DNA of 64,000 bases from Azolla caroliniana. Lineage: Eukaryota > Plantae > Polypodiophyta. Position numbers and translations under genes: made by a program. Of the stretch, positions 11,805 to 23,680 are shown one piece after another. The stretch covers positions 14,384,001-14,448,000 of the forward strand of contig JBHGNT010000018.1 of assembly GCA_043228905.1 (NCBI GenBank). The letters are read 5' to 3'. The notes beneath the pieces were generated by a model that did not search any database, had not been told where the DNA came from, and worked only from the letters and a program-made list of their open reading frames with translations. Position 1 is the first letter of the stretch. The number at the start of each line of letters is the position of its first letter.

Positions 11805-12779
11805 ATGGCTCAAATTAACGACCCGATGTCATCCGCTCAAGCGGAAGGAACTCAAGGGAATCCTCCTGGACAAATGTCCACTGAGATGTATTTGGCACAA
11901 ATAACCCAATACCTTAGTTTCACCGCTCAACAGATGACCGAACTTCGGCAATCTCAGAGTGCTCTTGAGGCACGTGTCATTAGTCTACAACGTGAGACTA
12001 ATAGACCTGATGAGCGACAAGGTGAACCATCATTTGTCGTTAAGCCATTTACGGGAGACAAAAAGGAAAGAACCGAAGAAGCAATCTGCACATGGCTGGG
12101 ACGATGGGAGTCTCATTTTGAGCTCTATCCCACGCCAGATAGTACGAAGATTGCATATGTCGGCCGAGAACTCGGGGGTAAGGCCGCCACCTGGTGGCGT
12201 GGCCTCCGTACTATGGGGAAATTGCCCGATACCTGGACAGATTTTGTCACGGTTTTTAAGGGCCAATTTCTGCAACCTCCCTCTCGAACCGAGGCAGCAC
12301 AAGCTTTAATGAACCTCTCTAGCAGGAAATTTTCCTCGCTAGAAGACTATGTTCACCATGCTAGAACCCAAATCCAAAAATCGGGTCTAGAAGGGGACAA
12401 TTGGTTGATAGCTTGTTTTGTCAATGGCATCCCCAATTCGGACTATCACTGGATAGTGCACGATAAGGATCCAAAATCCTTCGAAGAGGCCGTTGAAATA
12501 GTTCTTCGCTATCAACGCACTTCGAAGAAGGACCATAACAAACCCAACGAAGCGCCCGGGACTAAGCAGTCGCAATTTGTTGGGAAACGCAAGACACCCA
12601 ACGAATTCCTGGATCGCGATTGTAAGCGACAACATCCTTTTTGTGTATTCTGCAAAAAGAAGGGTCATACAAAAGATCAATGTCGAAAGCTCCAACGGAA
12701 AGAGCACAACAACAAAGCTAAAGCTGCAAACCATAAAGGTCAGATTCCTAATGTCCTTCAGGTCTATTTACGGGCATGA
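11805..12779 (+). CDS. gag: Ty3/gypsy Gag (capsid plus CCHC zinc knuckle), opposite strand to pol
   Basis: Intact 324 aa: PFTGD...WL..WE, KIAY...LGGKAATWW, TWTDF...F, FVNGI, CVFCKKKGHTKDQC; stop lies inside the right terminal repeat. Confidence 0.92.
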   Translation: MAQINDPMSSAQAEGTQGNPPGQMSTEMYLAQITQYLSFTAQQMTELRQSQSALEARVISLQRETNRPDERQGEPSFVVKPFTGDKKERTEEAICTWLGRWESHFELYPTPDSTKIAYVGRELGGKAATWWRGLRTMGKLPDTWTDFVTVFKGQFLQPPSRTEAAQALMNLSSRKFSSLEDYVHHARTQIQKSGLEGDNWLIACFVNGIPNSDYHWIVHDKDPKSFEEAVEIVLRYQRTSKKDHNKPNEAPGTKQSQFVGKRKTPNEFLDRDCKRQHPFCVFCKKKGHTKDQCRKLQRKEHNNKAKAANHKGQIPNVLQVYLRA

Positions 12780-12854
12780 CCATATAATATCCCGTGGTAA
12801 GAATTTACCGTAGTATTCTATACACGTGGATATTATATGGTCATGCCCGTAACA
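12768..12854. repeat. 87-bp collapsed terminal repeat of the gypsy element
   Basis: 12768-12832 equals LTR 6528-6592 and 12828-12854 equals LTR 6974-7000, joined at a GGATA microhomology. Confidence 0.9.
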
Positions 12855-15800
12855 CAACATATATTTGGTGAATGACCGTGGGGAGGCGTCTTTGCTCTCT
12901 AATTGATTTTTGATTAGTAACTTGAAGTTCATCCCTTAGAAGAGGTATATGGATTCCTTACAATACTTTGGTAGGGATGGCTTGTGGTTTGGTTTTGTGA
13001 TATGTGACTACTTTCTCCCAAGAAATGTGAGCCATCCAATTATCACTAAAATGATGGAGCGAATTGTAAAAGCTTGGATTGTGTAACCTACGTGTTGAGA
13101 AACATGTCCCTTTGGATGGGATCCGGATGAGAAACAGACGAGCCGTATAAAACGGGACGAAGGGAGGAACCAGACCGGATGGATCCGGAACATGTCCAAC
13201 CAGATCCGGTATGAACCATCAAGTAGGAATATATTTGTAAATATGTTTAGATGTGACCGTTGAGGTCATATTTGTAAATAGCCCGTAAGTTATATGAGTA
13301 TAAATATAACTTGGGCAAATAGTGTTTGAAGGGGGTTATCATTATTATTGTACAGAGAGAGAGAGAGAGCGACAGAGAAATAGAAAGTATTTTCTGTTGT
13401 AACCGCCGGGTGGCGAAGACATAGAGCTCGAGGTTGTTGCCTCTGAGTCTCGCATTGTATCCTTCCTCTCATAGTGATAGTTGGAGTTTTTGGGCTCCCG
13501 TGGTTTTTCCCTATTAAGGTTTTCCACGTTAACATCTTGTGTCTGTCTTATTTCTATTTTCTGTTTTCTTCCATTGAATGAGTAAGACTCGGTTGTGGCC
13601 AAGCACTATTCCGCACAATCTGGTATCAGAGCATGGAAGACCCATTCGGCGGCATGTTCAAGCTCACCGGCTCCAACTACCTAGTGTGGAAATCGAAGAT
13701 GAGGGACATTGTGGTGGTCAAAAATCTGTGGCTACCGGTACAGTTTGGGGACAAAAGACCAGACAAGATCGATGCCGCTACCTGGGAAGTAATGCACATG
13801 AAAACGACGACATACATTCGATGCTCCATCAACATGAGCCTATACAACAACTTCAATGAAAAAAGTAAGGTTCATGTGCTTTGGGAGAAAATCAGTACCA
13901 TGTTGGAGAGCAAGAACGTCGTAAATCGCATCTCGGTATTCTGGGAGTTGGTGAGACTCCGATACCAAGACGAACCTAGCATGGCGGAGCACATGAATGT
14001 ATTCCAAGGGCATATAAACCAAACAACCTCGTTGGAAGTACCTCTAACCGACGAGGTACTCCCATTGTTGTTGCTCAGTTCCCTCCCAGATAGTTGGGAG
14101 ACGCTAGTTGTCACCTTGGGCAATGCCGGGCCGGAAGGAAAACAATTGTCCCTAGCAAGGGTAAAATCAAACTTGCTATATTAAGAAGCTCTCTAGAAGG
14201 ACCGGGAGTCTGGAACCGATCTGAAGGCATTGGTTACGGAAGACGACCATAATTGGGGAAGAGGCCGGAATCAGTGTCCCCAGAACCAGGACAAATCGGG
14301 GACGAGGTTGAAGTCAAGGCACTTCTAGAAGAATTGCTGACACTTTCGGAAAGCCAAAGGGGGAGCCGACATCCCGAAACCAAAGAAGATTTCGGAAAGG
14401 AGAGGAACGTCAGCAATCGTGACAAGTGAAGAAGAGTTGTTGCTCATCACCGAGGAGAGCGAGCTACATCTTGTCAACGATGAGACGACATAGGTGGTTC
14501 CATCTGACCCCCCACCGAAAGTGCTTCTCATCCTACAAAGCCAGAGATCATGGTTCTGTCCGAATGGGAAATGAACGTGTATTCCAGGTTGTCGGCATAA
14601 GAGATGTGTGACAGACGACATCAACTGGGTGCAAGCCGCTACTAAAGGATGTCGGACACGTTCTGGAGGTTTGGTTGAACTTGATATCAGCCGATCGGCT
14701 AGATGATGAAAGGTACACGAGTAGCATCCGGAACAAAGTCATGATGTTTTGCAAAGGAAGCATGATTGTGGCCCGAGCTCGAAAGATCAACACGTTGTAC
14801 CTGATGCATGCCCGGATATGTCGGGAAGAAGTGAACGTGGCATCCAACAATGCCAGTGAGTTGTGGCACAAGAGGTTGTGTCACATGAGCTTGAAAGGGA
14901 TGAGAATACTTGCCAAAGATAACCTCATCCCGTAGGTGAAAGACATGCAACTTGAGAAGTGCGTTGATTGCTTGGCCGACAAGCAGAACCAAACCTCTTT
15001 TTGGACAAGACCACCGATGAGACAGAATGCACCACTAGAACTTGTGCATGCCGATGTATGCCAAGTGGACACAAAGTCTCATGCTGGATCGCAATACTTC
15101 ATGACGTTCATAGACGACCATAACCGGAAGTTGTGGGTCTCATAGCTAAAGACGAAGGACCAGGTATTATCCGTCTTCAAGGAATTCCACGCGAGAGTGG
15201 AAAGGGAAACCGATCGGAAGTTGAAGACGGTTCGAGCGGACAACGGAGGAGAATACCGGGGGCCGGTCGAAGGGAATCGGTCTCGAATTTACTGTGCTGA
15301 AGATGCCGGAACTGAACGGATTGGTCGAAAGGATGAACCAAATTGTGACGGAGAGAGTCCGAAGCATGTTGGCACATGCTAAGCTGCCCAAGACGTTTTG
15401 GGCTGAGGCGCTAATGACAACGACGTACGTGATAAACAGATCACCCTCAGTGCCCTTGGTAGGAGACACACTACAAAGAGTATGGACCGGTAAAGACGTG
15501 TTTTACTGGTACTTGAAGGTGTTCGACTGTCTTGCCTATGTGCATGTAGCAAAGGACAAGAGAGTGAAATTGGATCCGAAGTCTCGGCCATGCATATTCG
15601 TTGGATATGACGATGATGAGTTCGGGTACCGAGTGTTGGACATGGTCGACAAGAAGGTTTTCCGGAGTTGAGAAATAGTCTTCATGGAATACAAGAACAT
15701 TGCCAACTGGGAGTCGGAGAAGAAGACAATGGACTCCAGGTCAACCGATAGAGATTGGTTGAAGAATATAAGAACCCATTTGGCCGGAAGCCGGATGACA

Positions 15801-15871
15801 CTCGAAGAACTGGCCGGAGTCGGACAAGAAACTCGACCGACCGAAGAAGAAGAACAATCGGACACCCGAAC

Positions 15872-16057
15872 TGTCGAATACAAGTGTATAATGGACGTAT
15901 TCACACTATCCCTTTGTATAGCTCAAGTTTGGGCCATTTGTGTAATTAGCATAAATGGTAGTTGCCCTAAGTCGGTCACTATATATAGTGACCTTGTAAC
16001 CTTTTTGTAAGGTTGGGTGTTGTATTATTTCTTCTATTGAATAGAAAGTATTTTGTG

Positions 16058-16126
<69 letters not shown>

Positions 16127-19100
16127 AACGACCTAGAAACTGTCATACGCAGGTACAGAACAGAATTGAATGCTTCTTGATCTTCCGCATAGACGACCTT
16201 GTTTCCAACATCTGGTATCAGAGCCTGCACAGTATTCGGTCCTCCAACATCTGCTGTCGGCCGTCGTCTCAGCCTGCACAGCATTCGGTTTCTTGCATCA
16301 TTCGAAGAAGAGAGAAGAAGAAGAAAAAAAAAAACGAGGCCTGCATCTCATCGCGTTAGATCATCTTCGCTTGGAGTAAGCCAGCCGGTTGTACTCTGTT
16401 CCTTGTGATCGTAACCACTCGAGGTGAAATCCCCTTATGCAACATTGACACGATCGTGCTCCACTCGGTTGAACGGCATCCGAAGAGGTCAACAAACGCT
16501 GCTCGCCGCTCATTGTAACCACTCGGTGCAGATCGGTCTCAAGACAACAACCCCAATTCGTGCTTCATCCGGCTGATCGACATTCTGGAGGATCAGTTGG
16601 ATCCGTCTCTCTCGTCGCTGCAGTCACCCGAAGCAGAATCGGTCCAGACAATCGGTTTCAATAATCGGTATTCGACATATATATCCGAAGCGAACCGGGC
16701 TCACTCCGACTCGGCAACATCCGGGAAGACCAGCCGGTTCTGTCCCTCAAGTTACCGGAGTCAATTCGAGCAAGTTCAACAATACATATATCCGAAGCCG
16801 AACCGACTCGGGTTCAAATCCGACTAGAACGATATCGGGTGAGCCAACCGGCTGCACTCCAACAAGGTTCGTAGTCAACTCCGAACCGAGCTTCGTCAAC
16901 CGAAACCGAATTTGATGGCATCAACATCCGGCTCGTCAGAAATGAGTCTACGAAAGTTCGATGGATCAAACTTTAACTTCTGGAAGGAGCAAATGCAGGA
17001 CTATCTCATAGTCAAGGGGCAAATCGATCCCATCGAAAATGAAGAACCTCCAGAAGGATACAAACCAATTGAGTGGCAGAAGCTGGACAGAATCGTCCGC
17101 GCCACGATTCGGATGCACCTATCGGAATCGGTATATTTTACGGTGCAATCGTGTACGACAGCATTCGAACTGTGGAAAACACTGTCGGACACTTACGAAA
17201 AGAAGGTCGCCGCAACGAAGATGTTTCTGATCCGGCGCCTCTACAACTTGCGGATGAAAGAATCCGATTCGGTTCAAGCACACCTTAATGAGTACGAAAG
17301 CATAAGCTCCCAAATCTCATCTCAGGGGACGGCAATCGAGGATGAACTCAGAGCAATGATACTCATGAGTAGCCTTCCCTCATCATGGGAAACTTTCGTC
17401 ACAACCGTGTGCAACGCGTCAACCACGGCTGTCAAATACTCCGAAGTCACGAGCGCAATCCTGACCGAAGCAGCTCGGAGAAAGTCTTTCGCCAAAGACT
17501 CAACAGACGACGCTTATGTAGTACAAGGTTCGACAAACCGATCGAACATGCGAGGAAGAGATTCCTCACGACCGCCGAACAATCAGCGAAGACGGAGCCA
17601 GTCACGGGATAACCGAATCTGCAACTACTGCAAGAAACCCGGACACATCAAAGCCGACTGCCGCGCACTCAAGAACAAGAACGACAAGTCTCAGAAATCA
17701 GACAAGAAGAGTGGCCGGCATGAGGAGATCAATTACGTCAGCTTCTCAGCTGATGTGCTACCAAACGACTCGAATATACTATCAATCGAAAATCCAGTCG
17801 GATCAGAAGTTCTGCTCACGACTGAAGAATCGAGCACATGGCTCTTAGATTCGGGCGCGTCATTTCACGTGACTCCTCATCGATCCCAATTTCGGCAATA
17901 TACGATCCGTCACTCCGACTCAGTTCGAGTCGGCAACTCGCAACACTGTGACATCATTGGAATCGGCACAGTAGAGCTCAACCTTGCAGGTGGCTCTACA
18001 CTTGTACTTCACAATGTCCGACATGTACCCGAGCTCTCAAGGCCATTGATCTCAGTCGGACAACTAGATGAAGACGGCATTCGTGCCGGTTTCTCTTCGG
18101 GAGGGTGGACACTCCACAGGGGGAACCTCCTGCTTGCTAGAGGACCCAAGATACACTCACTGTATCCGTTACATGTTACGCTCAGAGAGGGTAACCTGTT
18201 TTTGGTGGATATTCCTGTGTCATCACTATGGCACAAAAGATTAGGACACCTCAGCAAGGCCGGCATTACGCACCTATCTAGAGCCGGATACATCCCTAAA
18301 CTCTCCTTCTCGGACCATCAATTCTGCGAGCATTGCCAGTATGGCAAACAAGCAGCCGCATCACACCCGACATCAGCACCAAGAGACACGAGACCTCTCG
18401 ATTTAGTCCACTCGGACGTCTGTGGCCCAATGCCGCATCAGTCTCTCGGCGGTGCCTCTTACTTCGTCAGTTTTATTGACGATTCGACTTGAAAGGTGTG
18501 GGCTTATCCGATTCGCACCAAAGATCGGGTCTTCTCGATCTTCTCAGATTGGCTCGCTATGGTAGAAAATCAAACCGACCGAAAACTGAAATGCTTTCGG
18601 ACCGACAACGGGGGAGAGTTCAAATCCGAAGAATTCGTCAAATTCTGCCGACAACGCGGCATCCGACGTGAATTTACGGCACCACACAGTCCGGAGCAAA
18701 ACGGGATTGCAGAACGAATGAATCGGACAATCCAAGAAAGGATAGTTTCCATGCTCCAACACTCCGGACTGTCGGATGGCTTCTGGGCAGAGGCTCTACT
18801 CACGGCAGTACACATAATCAATATGTCGCCAAGTAGACCTCTAGGACTTCAAATTCCTCAGGAACTATGGATCGGCAGTAAGCCGAATTACGACAAGCTG
18901 AGGATCTTCGGATGCGAGGCGTACGCCCTTATTCCGAAAGATGATCGCCGAAAACTTGCACCTCGGTCCAGGAAATGCATTTTCCTTGGATATGGATCAG
19001 ACGGCGAAATGGGATACCGACTCTGGGACCCCGAACGCAGACAAATCGTTCGAAGTTCGGACGTTGTGTTCAACAAGTCGGCTATGAATCCATCAGTCGA

Positions 19101-21326
19101 AAAACCGATCGAAGTCCGAAGGGTAACATTTTCCGATGTGCCGACCCTTCAAGAAAGCCCCGCTCTTAACACACGGTCAGCTTCACGGGTAGCTGAACCT
19201 TACACTACCGACTCGGACAACTCCGACTCGGCACAGCCGAATGACTCGCTTTCGGACCATCCGAACTCGATACCCGATGCGACCAGTCCAAACATACCTC
19301 GACGATCCGAGAGACTGTCGCAACCTCCGGAGAGGTATTCTCCTGGAATTTTCTTCACCGACGCCGGCGAACCGACGTCTTACGAAGAAGCATCGACATC
19401 TGTCGATTCCGCCACCTGGCATCTGGCGATGGAGTCGGAAATGCACTCCATTCGGGCAAACAAGACTTGGGATCTGGTCGAATTACCTAAGAATCGACGT
19501 GCTCTCCCTTGCAAGTGGGTTTATCGACTTAAAGAGACGTCTGATTCGACCACCCCAAAGTACAAGGCCAGATTAGTTGCGAAGGGCTTCCGACAAGAAT
19601 ATGGCGTCGACTTCGACGAGATTTTCTCACCAGTGGTGAAAATGACAACCCTTTGTTTTCTACTCGGCGTAGTGGCAGCCGACAACTTGGAGCTGATTCA
19701 GCTAGATGTCAAAACAGCCTTCCTCCATGGTGATCTCGAGGAGGAAATTTATATGGAGCAGCCAAAAGGCTTCGTGGCAACTGGCCAAGAACATCTAGTC
19801 TACCGACTCAGGAAGAGTCTATACGGCCTCAAACAGGCACCGCGACAATGGTACAAGAAGTTCGACGACTTCATCCAATCGATCGGCTTCTCAAAAAGCG
19901 ATGAGGACCATTGTCTCTTTACCAACACAGCTCAAGATGGATCACCCATCTTCCTCATCATTTACGTGGACGACATCCTAATTTCTGGACGCCACGCGGG
20001 CGAACTTGCCGATCTCATTCGGCAACTGCGGTTGAAGTTTGCCATGAAGGACCTCGGTCCGGCACGACACATACTTGGCATGAAGATTAGTCGGCACCAC
20101 GATAAAAGACATCTTTTTTTGTCTCAGACCGATTATATCGGACGTGTCTTGGAACGCTTCAACATGCAATCAGCCAAATCTGCTTCAACCCCGCTCCCCA
20201 TGAATCTTCGGCTCTCTCAGCGAGACTGCCCGACATCCGGCCCGGAGGGGGAAGATATGAAGTCGGTACCGTATGCACCGGCAGTCGGCTCCCTTATGTA
20301 CCTGATGGTCGCGACACGGCCTGATATTTCTCATGCCGTAGGAGTCGTTAGCAGATTTATGCACAATCCTGGCCGATCGCATTGGAACGCAGTCAAGCAT
20401 GTGTTCAGATATCTGGCTGGCACAAAAGACCACGGCATTCTTTTCGGTCCGAACCGAACCTCAGGCGTAGTCGGTTACACCGACTCGGACTTCGCCGGCT
20501 GTATAGACAGTCGGAAATCAACAACCGGATACTGCTTCAAATTCGGCAATGGAGCAATCTCGTGGAAGTCGAAACTTCAGGAGTGCACAGCGACCTCAAC
20601 GACCGAAGCAGAATATGTAGCTGCGTCTGACGCTGCAAAAGAAGCTTTGTGGCTCGGCCGGCTGGCGCACACGTTTCGGCAAGTCGACCATGACTTGGCT
20701 CCAGTTGTCTACAGCGACAGTCAAGGTGCTGTTGCTTTGTCGAAAAATCCGGTTCACCACAACGCCTCCAAACATATCGACGTTCGATATCACTTCGTTC
20801 GGGACTGCGTCATTTCAGGGAAAATCGGTCTAGAGAAAATATCCACAACCGACAATGTCGCAGATGGAATGACCAAGTGTCTTTCGGCAGACCGCTTTCG
20901 GTCCCTTCGGCATCAGATGGGCATAACGACAAACCAGTCCGGTTAGAGCCGGACACAGCGCAGGATGGTTTCGGACAACCGACATCAGTTCCTTAATGAT
21001 CGGCTTCAACTCTTCCGACCCGACCAGTTCGGTCTTCTGCCTTTGGACCCTGCCGACTCGAACAAAAACTGATATGTCCGAGAACCTAGGTTTATACCTG
21101 TAATCTTAGATAACCCATGTATACGCCCATTACGGGGGAGTGTCGAATACAAGTGTATAATGGACGTATTCACACTATCCCTTTGTATAGCTCAAGTTTG
21201 GGCCATTTGTGTAATTAGCATAAATGGTAGTTGCCCTAAGTCGGTCACTATATATAGTGACCTTGTAACCTTTTTGTAAGGTTGGGTGTTGTATTATTTC
21301 TTCTATTGAATAGAAAGTATTTTGTG

Positions 21327-21385
<59 letters not shown>

Positions 21386-21469
21386 AACGACCTAGAAACT
21401 GTCATACGCAGGTACAGAACAGAATTGAATGCTTCTTGATCTTCCGCATAGACGACCTTGTTTCCAACA
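15872..21469 (+). mobile_element. Full-length young Ty1/copia element B, TSD CGAAC
   Basis: LTRs 15872-16210 and 21141-21469 appear identical except (CT)n length; PBS TGGTATCAGAGC at 16213; PPT ...ACGGGGGAG before 21141; CGAAC at 15867-15871 and 21470-21474. Confidence 0.97.
16915..20946 (+). pseudogene. Copia Gag-PR-INT-RT-RH polyprotein with one premature stop (18490-18492)
   Basis: Two in-frame ORFs (526 and 816 aa) separated by TGA where copy C has CGA (DDST*KVW vs DDSTRKVW). Confidence 0.95.
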
Positions 21470-22040
21470 CGAACTGGACAAGATCCCGAATCAGATTCGG
21501 ATGAAGAACAAACAGAAGAACTGGTGTTTGGAAACCAAGGACGGAGATACCCTCTGAGAGAGAGAAGGCCTTCCCAGAGATTTCTGGATGCAAAGCATGC
21601 TTATTGACCGACGAGGGGGAGCCGAAATGCTTCAAAGAAGCAAAGAAAGACACCCATAGCCGCAAGTGGTTAAGTTCCATGCAGGATGAGATGGATTCCC
21701 TGCATGAGAATGACACATATGAATTGATGGAGCTGCCAAAAGGAAAGAGAGCGCTCCGGAACAAGTGGGTGTACAAGCTAAAACCGGGAGACGCCGGAAA
21801 TCCACCGAGATACAAATCCCCCATTGTTGTGAAGGGCTTCCAGCAGAAGAAAGGAGTGGACTTCGATGAGATCTTTCCTTCGGTAGTAAAGATGACATCC
21901 ATCCGGACTATATTAAGCATTGCGGCAAGCATGGACCTTGAGGTCAAGCGACTAGACGTCAAGATGGCATTCCTACACGGTGATCTCGAAGAAGAGATCT
22001 ACATGCAACAACTAGAGGAATTTTTCAAGAAAGGGAAGAA

Positions 22041-23680
22041 TGAAAGGAAAAATTCCCTAAACAGGACTTCCCTAATGAGGAAAATGGTGATAGCATCATG
22101 GTGCACATTAGTACTTTCATGGGTCTAGTAAACCCGTTAGCATCACCGCTGATGATGTTGAACCTAGAAAAATTGATGATGATAAGAACACTTCAGCCAT
22201 AGCAACCAGTGAGGAAAAGTTGTGATTCATTTATGAACAAGCTAGTGTGAATCTTGCCAATGTTGAGTGCTCTTAGGTAGTTGATTCCGGTGCATCATTT
22301 CACCTAACTCCAAAAAGAGAATGTTTCTCATCTTACACAGACGGTGACTATGGTTATGTAAGGATGGGGAACAACAGTGAATGCAAGATTATAGGCATAG
22401 GAAATGTGTGCTTGTTAACATCCACTGGTTGCAGGTTAATGTTGAAGGATGTACGCCATGTCCCGGATGTTAGACTAAATCTAATATCAGTTGGAAGACT
22501 GGACAATGAAGGCTACAATGGTAGCTTTCACAATGGTACATGGAAGTTTAGCAAGGGAAGTTTGATTGTGGCTCAAGAACAAAAATAGAACACATCATAA
22601 TAATGTAATGCATGCAAGATTGTGTCGAGATGAAGCAAATGTAGTGGCTGACTTAGATGGTGAGTTGTGGCATAAAAGGCTCGGCCACATGAGCGAAAGG
22701 GGAATGCATATCCTTGCTAAAAAGGATCTCCTACAAGAAGAAAGGCATACATCTTGAGAAATGTGTGGATTGCTTGGCTGGAAAGCAAAATGGAGTTGTC
22801 TTTCACTCCAGGCCTCCGGTGAGAAGGGAATGTGCCCTAGAATTTGTCCACACAGATGTGTGCTATGTGGGTGCTCCATCACATTGTGGTGGGCAATACT
22901 TTCTGACATTCATTGATGACTTCACCAAAAAGTTGTGGGCTTTCATGCTAAAGTCTAAAGACCAAGTGTTGTCGGTTTTTAAAGAGTTTCATGTGAGGGT
23001 AGAAAGAGAATCTGGACAGAAGTTGAAAGTTGTCCAAACAGATAATGGTGGTGAGTATAGAGGCCAATTATAGATGTTTTGCAAGACTCAAGGCATTAAA
23101 CTTAAGTATACGGCGCCGAAGACACCTGAGCTTAATGGTTTAGCAAAGAGAATGAATCGAACCATAATGGAAAGGGTAAGAAGCATGTTGTCGCATGCAA
23201 AGTTGTCGAAATCATACTGGGTTGAGGCAATGTTGATGGTCGTTTATCTTATAAACAGGTCTCCCTCAGTGCCTCTAAGGGGTGATATCCCACAAAGGGT
23301 GCGGACAGGAAGAAGTGTCTCTTACTAGCACCTAAGAGTGTTTGGATGCTTAGCATATATCCATGTGGCAAAAGGTCAGAGGTCAAAGTTGGACAGTAAG
23401 TCCAAACCATGCATATTCTTGGGGTACTCGGAAGATTAGTTCGGCTATAGGTTGTGGGATCTCCTTGATAAGAAGGTGGTACAGAGCCGCGCCATCGTAT
23501 TCATGGAAGACAAGATGATTGAAGACTGGAAACAACAAAAAACAGTCTCGTCTTCCGAACCGACTGTTGTAACATGGAGTCGGCACTAGCCAATCCCTCT
23601 TTCACACAACCAGTCAGGAGATGACCGCCGGTTGATGAAACCGAATCTGAGAAGTCCTGTTTAGGGAATTTTTCCTTTCA
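22041..23680 (+). mobile_element. Degenerate copia PR/integrase fragment bracketed by 30-bp perfect inverted repeats
   Basis: TGAAAGGAAAAATTCCCTAAACAGGACTTC at 22041-22070 and its reverse complement at 23651-23680; interior encodes VDSGASFH, LWHKRLGH, VHTDVC, TDNGGEY, ELNGLAKRMNRT with stops; no TSD. Confidence 0.8.

Larger units (their letters stand above)
6526..12854. mobile_element. Ty3/gypsy chromovirus-like retroelement with divergently oriented gag (+) and pol (-)
   Basis: TGTTAC...GTAACA termini; TSD CAACA at 6521-6525 and 12855-12859; the paralogous block has one CAACA at about 26045 (empty site). Confidence 0.93.
4600..13092 (+). repeat. Local duplication unit 1 (oxidoreductase upstream region, LINE remnants, solo LTR), interrupted by the gypsy insertion 6526-12854
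   Basis: 4600-5100 matches 23690-24090; 5379-6525 matches 24785-26049; 12860-13091 matches 26050-26282. Confidence 0.9.
13093..22040 (+). mobile_element. Degenerate Ty1/copia element A (5' LTR 13093-13617, PBS 13621-13632), split by element B and 3'-truncated in RT
   Basis: TGTTGAG start where homology with unit 2 ends; TGGTATCAGAGC; fragmented gag, PR and INT at 13633-15871; RT fragment 21604-22040. Confidence 0.9.

Noticed and set aside
6526-12854. DIRS-type or DNA-transposon reading of the inverted termini
   Set aside because: Encodes a DDE integrase with chromodomain and RT, has a PPT and 5-bp TSD, and no tyrosine recombinase
17001-20793. Many short antisense/alternate-frame ORFs shared between copia B and C
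   Set aside because: Shadows of a GC-rich polyprotein; sharing reflects near-identity of the two copies
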